Assembly: GCA_010405405.1 (NCBI GenBank)
Contig: MU004243.1
Coordinates: 677,340-741,339 of the forward strand
Source of the DNA: Microthyrium microscopicum
Lineage: Eukaryota
Direction of reading: 5' to 3'
DNA: 64,000 bases
Shown: positions 24,397 to 37,407 of the stretch, piece after piece
Position numbering within the stretch: position 1 is the stretch's first letter
How the letters are laid out: every line of letters begins with the position of its first letter
Notes under the pieces: model-generated
Seen by the model: only the letters and a program-made list of their open reading frames with translations
Databases searched by the model: none
Told to the model about the DNA's origin: nothing
Position numbers and translations under genes: made by a program

Positions 24397-25960
24397 CTAA
24401 ACTGGTAGTGGGAAGGAGCTGGCCCACTCAATCACTTCCTTCTTCATATCGTTGATGGTGGTGTTGTCACCAGCTGCGACCTTGGCCTTGAAGTCCTTGA
24501 GCTTGTTGGCCTCCTTGGGTAGGCTACCTTGGATCTCCTTGACAAGCTTGATGCAGGTGTCAAAGTAGCGGGCAATACGTTTGAAGTCTGCCTCGCTCAT
24601 ACCACGCGATGTCATGGCTGGGGCACCAATACGGATTCCCATGGGTGATAGCGCACTCTTGTCAGCGGGCGTTGTGTTCTTGTTGCAAGCGATGTTGGCT
24701 TGCTCGAGAGTGGCTTCGAGACGGGCACCATCGATGCCGTGTGGCTTAAGATCGAGAAGAACCATGTGGTTGTCTGTGCCGTCAGTGACGAGCTTATGGC
24801 CGAGCTTCTTGAATTCTTCTTCTAGAGCTTTGGCGTTCTTGATGACCTGTTGTTGGTATTGCTTGAAATCGTCGGTCTGGGCTTGCTTTAAAGCGACAGC
24901 GAGAGCGGTGATGGTGTGGTTGTGAGGACCACCTTGATGGCCAGGGAAGACGGAGAAGTTGATGGGCTCTTCAAGATCGTACTGTGTCTGTTTGCCGTTC
25001 TTGTCGGTGCTTCGGACACCCTTTCGGAAAAAGATCATGGCTCCACGAGGACCACGGAGGGACTTGTGAGTGGTTGTGGTAACAATATCAGCGTGCTCGA
25101 ATGGCGATGGGCTGACGCCAGCAGCAACGAGACCAGAGATATGTGCCATGTCGACCATGAAATAGCAGCCAACTTTGTCAGCAATTTGTCGGAAGCGAGC
25201 ATAGTCAAAGTTTCGGCAGTATGCGCTGGTGCCAGCAACGATGACCTTGGGTCGGTATAGGAGTGCATTCTCTTCGAGACGGTCGTAGTCAATCAGTCCG
25301 GTCTCGAGGTTACATCGGTAGGGAAGGGATTCGAAGTAAATTGAAGTGACGGAAATCCTGCTGTGGTTAGCTTTTATTTCTCAATCGTCCGAAGACGTGC
25401 TTACTTCTTGTTTGGTGCTTGATATCCGTGACTCAAATGACCACCATGAGGAAGATCCAAGCCCATGATACGCTCATGAGGCTTCATAATTGCCTGGTAG
25501 ACTTCCAAATTTGCTGGGCAACCGCTCAAAGTTTGAACATTGACACCCCACTTCTCTGGGTCGAGGTTGAAGGTCTTCAAGGCGCGGTTTTGGCAGAGTA
25601 TCTCAATCTCATCAATGTGCTGATTTCCTCCATAGTATCTCTTTCCAGGGTACCCTTCAGAGTACTTGTTAGACATTGGCGATCCAAGGGCGTCAAATAC
25701 GGCGCGGGAGGTGACATTTTCGGAAGCAATGAGTAGAATTGACTCTCGTTGACGCTTGATCTCCTTCTCCTGTAGATTCTTCAGCCATTGACTCGTTGTA
25801 AGAAGGGATTGGGATCATACCATGATCTGGGCGACCTCGGAGTCGGAGTCTACGAGAGACTTCTCCATCATCTGTGGCAATTAGCATTTGTGCGGGGCAA
25901 ACGTAGGCCATTGAAGAATTGTACCTCCTTGTGGGTCTGGGAGAGAGCGTAGGTAGACAT
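24397..25960 (-). CDS. SHM2: Cytosolic serine hydroxymethyltransferase
   Basis: [38 protein letters not shown]-lysine motif [20 protein letters not shown]; no mitochondrial presequence (starts MSTYALS). Confidence 0.96.
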
Positions 25961-26526
25961 GTTGGCTGATTGTGTAGGGTATGACTTTTGGATTGTATGG
26001 TAAAGATGAATTGAGTGAAGGTGAAGGCGAAGGAGAATGAGAGAAGGCAAAAAGTTTGGTGGGTTGTCAAAAAATGCAGACCAGAAAAAAGTTCGATTCG
26101 ATGACACGACCAGACCCCTCCCCCTCACCAACCCATGTTTCGTGCATTGGACGCCCATCCCTGCAATATTTCCCCTGTTCCTTTCGGGATGGACACGCTA
26201 TGCGGCGATATCACTTGTTCAATGTGATGTAGTATCTACAAGTGATAACTTGAAGGAGCAAATCCTCATGGGCTCACGGGAGGGGTAAAGGATGGTACAT
26301 GCTGTTTGCATTGGTTGATTGACTAACACGCTGACCTCGATACTTCAGCTATTGTTTCGCATTATGATGCTGATTAGGCACTTCCCCAGCGAGTGTGCTA
26401 TACTATACATAGAAACCGGTGTCAAGCATTACTCTCAATTTCGGCTGGACAATCGAGCAATTCTGCGGCACGTTTCCATCGTGGCCCAACTTGTCCTTGG
26501 AGAGAAGCTGGAAGAGATGGGCCCTT

Positions 26527-28309
26527 CTAGACTGCGGTCTTGTCCTTCTTCTTCTTTTTCTTCTCCTTTTTAGCTTTGGGCACGTCGACATCGGCCATGA
26601 TCGTGTCCTGAGGCTCTGGTTTTACCACAACTTTGGATGGAGTATCAAACACCTCTTCCTGTGGAATGGTGACATTCTCCGCTTGGGGTATGATGAGACC
26701 ATCCGCTTGAGGTATCTCGTTTTCTGGCTGAGCAACAACAATGTTACCAGCCTTTTGTGCTCGTGCAGCTTCCTTCTCTTTCCGACGCTTCTCTTTCTCT
26801 TCTCGTTTCTTCTGCTTTTCAGCCTTCTTATCTTTTGATACCAATGCGGTACCGTTCATTTGACCGGTATCTTCTCGAGGCTCTGGTTTGAGAGCTAATT
26901 GAGCAGCCTGGACCGATTGTACAGACTGTGATGCCAGAGCGGGTTCCTCCAACTGACCCTATTGTCTGGTGTTAGCTGGCTGCTTTGGATTTAAAGTACC
27001 CGAGGATGTTTCCAGGAGCAGTAGTACTTACATTGCTGGCATTTTCCACCGGACCGTCGGCAACTTGCGGTGGCACTGCATTCTTCTCTGAAGCGGCAGA
27101 TTTTGAAGACTGGACTGGCTGCACAGAGGCTGGTTGAGCATATTCTGCTGCTTGTAAAGAGGGGCCTGGTTCCGAAGTGATTTGTATATCGTCCATCGTT
27201 TGTGGTTGAGCTCCGTCTGCTACGTCCAAAGTGGCGCGGCTTTTCTTCTTCATTTCCTTCTTTGCCTGTTTTCTCTTTTCCTTCTCGGTCATCTGTGGGT
27301 TGTCTGGTGCTTTTGCTTGTCCTGACGCCTCCGGTACTGTAAGTGGAGGTGCATCCATCATGTCAATGTCTTCGAAAGCTACGTCGTCTTCTGCTTCACC
27401 TCCTCTTCTGATGTCTCCGGCGCCGAAACCCATGGGTTTGAATCGCATGCGCATGCCTTTGGGCTGTCTTCGTCTTGGTATCTTGTTTGGATGTTCGCGG
27501 TCAAGCGGATCTGGGTTCGGTCGCTTCAGATTCGGTATTTCCTGCATATGCAGAACATGCTGAACCTTTGCGTGAACTTCGCTTGTTAGCTATGATCATT
27601 CATCCTATCAAACAAGACGTACCAGATCTATAACCCCCTTTTGCCGGGAGTAGTACTCGTAGGCCTTTACGGGTTGCATCATCGAATGTGAGACCGTAAG
27701 ATGTATCTCTATAACTTAAAATCTCCTCTCCTTGCTCTGCGGCTTGCCACGACAGCGCGGTGAGTTCTTCCATCGGCACATTTGCTGGCGCAGAAATATA
27801 GAATAGCTCTTTTCCCTGCAAAGTCTCGGCATTGAAATGAAGGGCGGAAGATATCGTGGCGGTTTCCGCAGGAGCGAAACCAAGAGGAGGGACGAATGGT
27901 TTTGCGGGACGGATGGTGTCGCTTGTGGAGAATACGTTGGTTTCTTGTTGTTGAGAGCTGATAGAATTAGAACTTGGTAAAGGTGTGACGGTCTGACTTC
28001 TTACTGCGATTTGCTCGGCGCTGGCTGCTGAGCGGGCGCCGCTTCGTTTTCTGAGCTCTCATCCTCAGACTCTTCTGCCCCACTGGTAGCTGGAGATTCT
28101 GAGACCCGTGTGGCTTTTTGCGCCGAAGAAGTACCTTCAGCCTCGCTCTCTTCTTCCTCTTCCTCTTCGTCGTCTTCCATGTCACTATCCGCAACTACCT
28201 CCGCGCTGAGAGGCGGCTTGCTAGGTGTCCGGGGCGTCGAGGCTTTCGCTGAGTTGATTTTGGATGCGGATTTTCGTTTTGAGCCCGAAGGTTCACCGGA
28301 TTTCGCCAT
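26527..28309 (-). CDS. RPA34: RNA polymerase I subunit A34.5-like; multi-exon
   Basis: LFYISAPANVP, RRQPKGMRMRFKPMGFG, Lys-rich C-tail (KKEKKKKKK), acidic N-terminal tract. Confidence 0.75.
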
Positions 28310-28499
28310 GGTCGCGAGTATCTCGTACTCGTCGGGTCTGATGTGGGGTGAAATAAGTTTGAGAGTTGACGTCGGAAAAAAAAGCCGAAGCGAACCTTTT
28401 ACGTTGCCCCTCCAGATCTTGCGTAGCCCCATCGTCTTTCATACGAACTTGCTACTCTCCAGATTTATAGCCTGAACAATACAGCCCAAACGATTCAAC

Positions 28500-30653
28500 A
28501 TGAGTCGAAAACGAAAAGTGACGGAGGAATCAGAACCAGGTGAGACCCTCAGTGTTCTCCCTTCAATTTAATTAGCCAGGATCTAGGAATTCTTTGCTAC
28601 AGTGTATGGTGAAATAGGATGTCCTTTTTAGAAGAACTAACCATAACCCAATGGGAGCGCGCATTCTTTCTGCTCACTGGGAGGAGATATCATTGCTAAC
28701 TTTTTGAGATAGTTACTCTCAAAAAATCAGCACTTGAGCCGATTAGCGCTCTACAAGCACTATCAAAAGCGTCAAGGATCCATCCTCGGAATCTCGAAGA
28801 TGAATTATCAAGCTTAGAGGCCTTTCATGATACTTCCAAAACATCCAACGGAAGTCCTCATGGAGAACGTATCACAGACCTGGACTATGATAGCGAGGCA
28901 GGAATGTCCGACAACGAGTCAGACAGTGAACCATCATCTCCTAATACTCCATTTGTCGACCAAGTCCTAAGTTCCTGGAATGGTCAAAAGGCAAACACTG
29001 AACCAGCTATCGATGGCTCGGAACGCATCAAGCTTTCGTACGATCAGACTCTCACCAGTGTTGGTCACTACGAACTCAAGGTCATCTCCGGTGTAGTCTC
29101 GATGTACGGAGCATATCTGACTACAAAATCAATAACTCGTAGGGTCCTGGCGTCGTCCACCGAGTCATTACCGGTGATTCGATGTGTCTCTGGTGATTGG
29201 GCTGAGATTCAACTATCGAGTGTCAACGATACAAGTGTTTCTCCAGACCTCAGTGCTGTATCACCCCTTTTTCAAGGAGTGTGGAAATGCAAATGTGAGC
29301 ACTGTGTGGTCAATATTTCGGCAAGCTATATCAAGGTAAGCAATACTGAAGTCTCCAAATCTTGATCTTGACAATTCCGTACTGACTGGCCATCAGCTTC
29401 GTCACTCGAGCGAGCATCATTTGGCCAAAGTCTCATCACTTGGAACATCCGTGGATTGGCAACAATATCTTCATACCAATGCGCAAAGAAGCTCGTCTAC
29501 AAACGGGGCTTTTTCAATAGTTGTCACAGGTCAAAATCCCTTGGAGATATCAACATTTTCCAGACTCTTGACAAACTCCCTCCTCACGCTTGGCAAATCC
29601 AAAAGCCAAAGTCAGGTACTTTTTCTTGACCTAGATCCTGAACGATCTGAGAATGGCTGGCCTGGACATATATCTCTGTCAAAAATTCAGCAGCCAGTAC
29701 TACAGCCAAATTGGACCCATGATGCGCAAGCCAATGATACTATCCTAAGAGCGCACCCGATCGGCGTCAAATCCAACGGGCGTAGTAAAGCTAGATACTT
29801 GGCCGGTGTCCAAGATCTTGTCAGACTTGCCAACAAAATACGTATAGCGAATCGAAGAGACCCTATTCAGCTCCTCATACACTGCCCAGCTTCCGCTCAA
29901 ATCTTTGGTAACGGTCTCATCAAAAACATCCTCGAGATAGTTACCGATGCCGAAGTGGTGAATATCTCAAAAACCCAGCTTTCAACGATTCCACCCACCC
30001 ACAAAGTGACGCAGCTCCCACCTCTACCAGAAAATATAGCACTCTTTTCCTCTAGATCAGTATCTCAACAGCGAGACATGCAGCTTCAGTCTTACTTCCA
30101 TACAACCTGCCGCCCCAAATCATCACCGTGTCCTAGCCCCATCACTAGCTGGCGGCCGTATGTTGTCTCCTATAGCGAAGGCAGATGTGATTTTGCCGGC
30201 TTTCATTTCACCCCTGAAATTCCTCATATGTACCCAGGCATGCTTTCAAATCTATTGAATGGCACGTTAGTGTCCATCGTGGTTGCAGACGATAACATGT
30301 CGTTCGCGGAGCATGAAATATTGAGGGGCGAGAAGGATGATTTGCCATACTTTGCCCCGTCGAACGATCCCATCATCGACGCTACCATGTGCAGCTCGAT
30401 AGGTATTGCACTCATTCGCAGCATAGATGTAGAGAGGAAGCTACTCCTGATATTAGCACCGCCGGACATGTCAAAGATAGCTTCAGAACGGATCGTGCTA
30501 GTGGCAGGTTTATTTGATGTGCCGAGCTGGGCGTATCGAGAGGACTACCACTTCCGGAAGCATGTCGCGCAAACTGGGGATGCTGAGGCCCGAAAGCATT
30601 TTGCGGATACGTCGAGTGGTGTCCCATGGCTTGAGTGTTCAGACATCGTCTGA
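28500..30653 (+). CDS. GRC3: Grc3/Nol9-like polynucleotide 5'-kinase homologue with degenerate P-loop; multi-exon
   Basis: VGHYELKVISGVVSMYGA...LPVIRC, STFSRLLTNSLL, FLDLDP, LQSYFH, LNGTLVSIV, IALIRSID...LILAP, FDVPSWAY; Walker A position reads GQNPLEIST. Confidence 0.8.
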
Positions 30654-30768
30654 ATCGTTGCTCCTCAACAGCATTATTCTGTGTCGAAAGTATTACTTCA
30701 CCGTTCCATCAAGGATCATATCGTCATAATCACTCGACTCATCAGTTATTTTGTCTATTCGCTGTGAG

Positions 30769-30794
30769 CCCATTAGGCTATGTCTCAGCCTTGC
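30769..30794 (+). promoter_or_regulatory. Family bipartite element (variant) upstream of paralog 2
   Basis: CCCATTAG-GCTATGT-CTCAGCCTTGC; same 7-bp spacer, degenerate CCAAT half. Confidence 0.5.
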
Positions 30795-31091
30795 GTTCAT
30801 CATTTCGCAATACCACGCCAAGCCGTCATCTTTCTGCTGTATATCTATCGACAAATCCTTGGTAAATCTAGACACACTATGTTGCTAGTGCCCAGTAAGC
30901 TACCTAAAATGTTGGTAAGACAACGTGTTCCAACCTGGGCCAACTAGCTTCGAAATTTACCAAATTTTCTCACACTCAAACCTAGATTTCCTACATCCTC
31001 TCTTGTCAACACCACAACGCGCTGCTCTTCCTTTTGCTCCACCGATACAGTCTGGAACAGTTAAACTTTTGTGAAAATCATATACTTCGAT

Positions 31092-32407
31092 ATGGCTACT
31101 CGTGACCCAGCCGTACGCTACCCTAAGCGCATGCGATCCGCCATTTCGTACACAGAAACCGATGATCTGAGCGAATCTGAGGTCGCCTATGAGTCTAAGG
31201 ATGACGTGGACTTCGAAGCACCTGTCAAGAAGCAGAAGAAGGCCTCAAATGTCAGAAAAGCACACGCGTTGGCTGACGACAAGCTGACCGATGAGCAAAA
31301 ACGCCAACGCGCAATCTTCCCATTTCTCAGACTGCCAGGAGAGATTCGGAACGAGATCTATCAATGGTGTTTGTGCGTTGATGGTGGCCAACCCATCAAG
31401 ATCCATTCTCCTCCAATTAAATATCCAGGTAAGATGTTCCCAATGAATCTTCCAGAACTTCGCACGTCGCATTGCGTTTGATGGCTACCATGAGATGCGG
31501 TCCTTATCGAGCGCTATAGACACCACTGGATACGTTGTGAGTTTCACAACTTCCAACTCGCAAAGACTATTCGGTTTCTTCGAAGCTCAAAGCCTGTTGG
31601 CTCTGTTCCTAGATCTATACTGACTCAAACTCAGGTAGAGTTAGTTATATTACGGCAAAGCAAAAAGCTCTAGTCAGCGAGCAATCCGGCCACAGCAACA
31701 AGACAGAGTCTAGACCCAAATACCTCCTGGTGCCTCATCTAATGCCAAGAATCCTACTACTCAACCTGCAGATAAATCAGGAAGCAACTCCATTCTTGTA
31801 CCAAAACCGCTTCATCTTCTCCACCACACGAGCACTACATGCTTTCCTTGTCAAAGTTGGCAAAAACAATTGCAACCACCTTCGTAATATCGCCATCTGT
31901 CGACTCTCAAGAAAAGACCGGGTTAGTCGTTATGACATATTCATGACATTACAACAGCTTACTACATGTACCAATGTACAAAGCATTGATATGGATCCCT
32001 TCTTGGAAAGTCTGGAGTGGAATCGATTCAACGTGACTCTAAACGGCAACCTATCTGATGGCTCGGTTGAGGTTGAACTCAAAGCATTTGCGGAACACTT
32101 CTGGGCGGCCACGAGCCACTGGTTTCGAGCTGTTGCTTTGGCCAAACGAAACATATTTGCTGGCCTGCAGATACTTGTCTTTGCCGACGATTCGCTAGAG
32201 CGAACACTTCAGCGGGCCCGTGGCGTCAAATATTCTTGGTGGTACCCTGGCTCTGGTTACCAGGGTCAGTTATTGAAGAGACTTGTTGCCTGTACGAAAC
32301 AGGCCTTTGATACTGAGATGAGATCGCTCATAAAGAGCGACTTCAGCGGCTATGAAGTTGATCCTCAGGGCAATATGCTCATTAATTTGCCTAATCGATT
32401 CCGTTAG
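31092..32407 (+). CDS. F-box-like/2EXR-like family paralog 2
   Basis: RYPKRMRSAISYTE, FPFLRLPGEIRNEIYQWCL, intron 31429-31634 restores frame, PRILLLNLQINQEATPFLYQNRF, WFRAVALAKRNIFAGL, VDPQGN. Confidence 0.85.
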
Positions 32408-33159
32408 GAAGATCTAAATGACGGTCGGATACAACGAACGCAACACCTCTCTGCTCTCAAGAATCACATAAATTCATCCCTTATCAAATGATATGTCAAG
32501 CATAGCACCCTCTTCCCTATGAACATCGGTGATGGGAGCCATCGGGCCTGATGGGAGTACGACCTTTATCCTGCCATGCCGTTGGGTGTTTTCGAAGTAT
32601 TAGTGCCGTGGCCTGCTTGGAATGAGATATGTAGATTATTAATATCACTTGTTTTCTCATTATACTGACAAAAAAGACGACACACTCCCATGGAGTGGTA
32701 TATCTACCACCTCCTACGCTTTATTATTGAATGCTTTAATTTCCACCAGATACGTGATGCTGGAAATGCTTCAAGTAATGTGATAGGAGATAGTGCATCT
32801 TTTGTTTAGCGGCCTTGATGGGATATCGAGTTCGTCTTCATTGGGGTTGTGCCATTCATTTCGTTTTCCCTTGCGATCTACTCAACACTGCATGGCAAAA
32901 TAACTGGCGTACTACCATCAACTCCAATAACTCCCAGACGCTACGCTCTGTTATCGAGTGCTTTATTTGCCATAAAGGGTTTTCGGAGTGGGAGCATTTA
33001 TCAGATACGAAGGGAATTGAAGCACCTTTTGGTTAGCAGCACTGGTGGTAGCCATTCAGAGCTGATGAGAGTACGCCATTGATTTTGCCATGGCGTTGCT
33101 ACTGATCAAGGTTTAACAAAGGGAAATTTTCAGTCTTGTAAAATTGCTGATTAGCACAG

Positions 33160-33189
33160 CCAATCAAGCTGCTTATTGTTCAGCCTTAT
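33160..33189 (+). promoter_or_regulatory. Family bipartite element upstream of paralog 3 (11-bp spacer)
   Basis: CCAATCAA-GCTGCTTATTG-TTCAGCCTTAT. Confidence 0.6.
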
Positions 33190-33615
33190 GGCTCTGTAAC
33201 TTCAACCTCGAGTGTTTACAATTTACCTTGCGGGTTCTTTTTATTCGAGAAGGTGAATTACGGCTAGCGTCCAGTCGCTGCGTTGGTTCCTGCCTATGCC
33301 TAAAATACGATTGCCTACATAGGCAGTTGCACCTTCGTTCCTACCTCACTCCAGGTGTTACTCCAAGCACTCCTGCCATTTCACTTATCCATATCCAAGG
33401 TGTTCCAGGCAGACAGACATCGACTATTTAGACTCGTCGCTCGGCTTGAAAAGTCTTCATCCTTTCTTAATCACTCTCCAATCTACCATCCTCTTCGAAA
33501 TTCATCATCGCCTTCAAACTCTACCACTGACTCCGACTATACCACCCCCTACACCATCAAATCCTCTACATTTACTTCTCCTCGACACACTCTGCCCAAA
33601 GGTCTGATCATAAAT

Positions 33616-34922
33616 ATGGCTCGCTGGTCAAAGATCACTTCCAAAGCTTCCGACATGGCTGCCTCTGTGCGCTATCCCAAGCGCAAACGAACTACTATAT
33701 CGTATGCTGAAGCTACGGATCCGGCCGAAATCGATGTAGTAGCTCACGATGACGAAGACGTCAAGTTCCATGACATCGAATTCCCTGCGAAGAAGAAGAA
33801 GAAGGGTTCCAAAGCCAAGGTAGTCAAGGAAGACACCCTTACTGCTGAGGAGAAACAACGACGTGCAACATTCCCATTCATGAAGCTTCCCGGAGAAATA
33901 CGCAACGAAATTTATAAGCTGTGCCTGCTGATCAACCGAAATAAGTCCATCAAGTTCAAGGACCCGACATCTGATAGTCCAGGCAAAGTGGAAGTCCAAG
34001 TCAAGAAGAAGAGACAGCAGCGACGCTTCCGATGGGCGGCTACTTCCACCGCCGACCAAGACAAATGGCGTCCTTTTGTGCCTCATATGATCACCAACGT
34101 CTTGCTTATCAGCAAACAGGTCCACGCGGAAGCAGCTCCATTCCTCTACACTAACACGTTCAATTTCCCCTCCCAACGAGCTTCAAATGCCTTCCTTGTT
34201 ACGATCGGACCCACAAATTGCAAGCTTTTGCGTCGTATTACCTTTGGCGACCCTGAGGAGGGCGATCTAGAGGCATTCGGCTGGCGTCGAGATATGTTCA
34301 TGACCTTTCAAGCCCTTAGCGCTTGCACGAGCCTGGAACAGATTCATGTAAGAATCCCCCGATTTGTTATAATCCTATGTTTCCCCATCGCATGTTGTGG
34401 CTCCCATCAACTTCTATGGCTGCCACAAGATGCGATGGTGTTTCGTGCTAGAAAGACCAAGCGGTCTTTTCAACGATCATTGCCTTTGGTTGCACTGCCT
34501 TTTCATCAGAATCTAACGAGAATTAGGTACATGCACCATTGGAACGGTTCTACTCAAACCGCTTCACGGTAGACACGGTAGAGCCTGCCTTCGTTAGTTC
34601 GAGCCGCTTCGCGATGGACATCTGGGAATTGTGCGGTCATTGGTTTCGGGCAATAGCTTTGGCTCAACGAAACATATTCGCAGGACTGGACATATTTACT
34701 TTCAGCGACGATGTTTGGGAGAAGGCGCTAGGTATGGCTGGCAACGCTGCAGCTAGCTTCACTGGCGAAGAAACCGCCACCGACATGAAAAGCCTTGTGA
34801 AGGACGCGAAAGATAGCTACGACGTTACAATGAGAGGCATAATTCGAAAGAAGATGAGCGGTCTGGAGGCTGATAAAGACGGATTGCTGCCCCAAATACC
34901 ACCAGTTCAGCCTGTTCAGTAG
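33616..34922 (+). CDS. F-box-like/2EXR-like family paralog 3
   Basis: RYPKRKRTTISYAE, FPFMKLPGEIRNEIYKLCL, intron 34348-34526, WFRAIALAQRNIFAGL, ADKDG. Confidence 0.85.
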
Positions 34923-35439
34923 ACCAGCCGGATTACGGCCACTGCCTGCATGGATTCTGTCGAAACCACCAAGGGCGATCAAGCCCATCATATGCGATCA
35001 AGCCCAGCATCATTTACGATCAAGACAGGGAATTGTGTGCACGATATGTGCTGTTCTCTTTCTTCGATACTCTGATGTTCCATCTGTTTGGTGAGACAAA
35101 ACTGCGACTGTTTTTGCGGGACTAGATATTTTCAGTCTAAATTGAACTTGAATGAGCAAGGTCGTAGTTGTGTTCATCTTTTCATTAGCGTTGCTTGTTG
35201 CTAAAACGATATGTACCTGCATAATCAATATAATTGGGTTTGCCCATCTCTACCTATTTTTTCGATCATTTGCTCAATGCTATTTTGTCTAAACATCCTT
35301 TCAAGTGAGATATATCAGCGCAGGATGTGCGCCTCTTTTCCATTACATAGACCTTTTGATTGACAATGATACATTGGCCACATTGCCGTGGTGGTCTAAA
35401 TGGTTGCTTTAGCCTTATCCCAAGATTATATAACTTCAA

Positions 35440-35465
35440 CCAATCAGAGTGCTTCTCAACCTTAT
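35440..35465 (+). promoter_or_regulatory. Family bipartite element upstream of paralog 4
   Basis: CCAATCAG-AGTGCTT-CTCAACCTTAT. Confidence 0.65.
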
Positions 35466-36121
35466 GCAATTCAGTAATTGCCTGCTCGATAATAGGACTT
35501 GGAGTAGGCACACACCCATCACGATGTCTGCCATCGCACTATAACAGAAGAAGATGCTTTACTTCCTAGCGTACTCGAAGTCGAACCAGATATTAAGTGG
35601 GTATTATCGCATTCGAGTTCACAGCGCTGCGTATAATAGACATTGTAATGGCTGGGAGCTTGGGATTCAAGGTCGGCCTTGACTCGCGGCAGTGTTCCAG
35701 ACTTCCATTCGAGCAGCCACCCAGTATTCTCGTCGGTTGGGCGATGTGTGCCACAAAGTCATGAATTAACATCATCTGTTTTCACCTGAGGCGCACAATA
35801 ATGTGTTCAGGCTTCGTTAATGAGGTGAACTACGACTTTGGCGTGCAAATTTCGATGATTCTTTCTTCTTTGAGTTAATCCCGCCTCAAATAAATGACTG
35901 TGAAGTCACTTGAATGCCTCGCGTGAACCTGTCCCGGGACCTCTTGCTCCACCTCTTTTCGCTTTTTCTCGCTCTGTTACCTTGTCCACCGCAAATTCTT
36001 CAATCGACACGGGTTGACTTTCCACCCTGCTATTTGCCCAATTTATAACAACCCGCTCCCGTATTCCAGCACTTTTTACCGCGCCTCAACAAGGTATACT
36101 CGCCGTCAAGTGCTCTACATC

Positions 36122-37407
36122 ATGTCTAACGAGGCACTTATCAATTCCGCGGCGCCCAGCGCCAGCGCCGGCACCGCGCGCTATCCGAAGGGTGAGCATG
36201 TATCTCTCTCTCATACTGAACTTGTCAACTTGCGCATCAAAGACGACAATGCCGACGGGGACTCGTTTGACCGGCCAGAGTCGGTTGGTGACTTTGAACT
36301 TAGGTGCCAGATCATGGTAAGCAAAAGCCATCTAACTTTACATTCTAGATGAGCTATTGACCAAAGGATAGAACGCTCAAGATGCCCATGCAACTATCAA
36401 CATCGCGAAGTCATCGAATACGTCCGCAAACTTGCGTCGAGACACCTTCCCTTTCTTGAGTCTGCCTCCAGAGATGCGTAACGAGATATACGGTTGGTGC
36501 TTGGTAAGTCTTCTTTCATCTCAAGAAAATCCCAGGTTCTACTTCAACCTGTGTTGGCTAGAACGATATGGGCCTGGCTTGGGTTTTATTCTTATGCTAA
36601 TAGAATACAGGCTATGCACGACAACGAGCCTCTCATTATGAAGGATACTGTTACACTCGTCCCAGAAAAAGTCATTTCGAATACTGGACTTCTGCAAATC
36701 AGAATCTACCCAACAAAAGGCCCCTGTCGCCTAAATCGTGCAGAAGGCCGAAGCCGCGCTGTTCCCTTGATTACAAGCATCTTGAGAATCAATAAGCAAA
36801 TACATGCCGAAGCAGCCTCCCTGCTATACTCACGATTGCTTAGCTTACAGTCCTACAAGGCCATGGCCATCTTTCTGGGGGAATTGGCACACAGCATCGC
36901 GTCTTCCTTCGGAAAATTCATTTTCGAACTCCTCGATATGACTTCGACATGATAATCCAACGCCACGAAATCTCCGTCATGCTTCAGACATTGGCCTCTT
37001 TCCCAGATATCGAACAAATACAGCTTGCGACTTGGCCCGAACAGCTGACCGACTACACTCGGCCGAGCGATATGCGGCAAGCTCTCGATGAATCTATGAC
37101 GAAGTTTGTTCGCCTCTTCTTGATGGTCTGCGGACACTGGTTCAGAGCCATCGCTATAGCTAAGCGTAACATCTTCGCGGGCCTAGACGTCTTCTCGTTT
37201 GAACAATCCTTCTGGGAAGATTGTTGCCAGCAATTCATTCAGAACAAATGGCTGGAAAAAGATATCGAGCGTGAGTGGATTCAAGATATCTCTACGCCTG
37301 CGATTCGGTTTCGGAACACCTTTATCGCAAAATTGAAGATCATGTTGAGGGATCAATTGAGCGTCTACCGAGCTGCTGAGGACGGCAGCTTCCCGACAAT
37401 CACATAG
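36122..37407 (+). pseudogene. F-box-like/2EXR-like family paralog 4 with a 1-nt frameshift (pseudogene or sequencing error)
   Basis: FPFLSLPPEMRNEIYGWCL; introns 36317-36371 and 36504-36610; frame breaks at G5 run 36877-36881; WFRAIAIAKRNIFAGL; AAEDGSF. Confidence 0.65.

Noticed and set aside
34974..35010. Short direct repeat GCGATCAAGCCCA x2 after paralog 3
   Set aside because: A two-copy 13-mer is consistent with a trivial local duplication; no further structure.
36369..36371. In-frame TAG in paralog 4 (also before QANRYPK in paralog 8) as A-to-I-edited premature stops
   Set aside because: Both TAGs are preceded by branch-site-like sequences and pair with upstream GT donors that restore the frame, so they are 3' splice acceptors.
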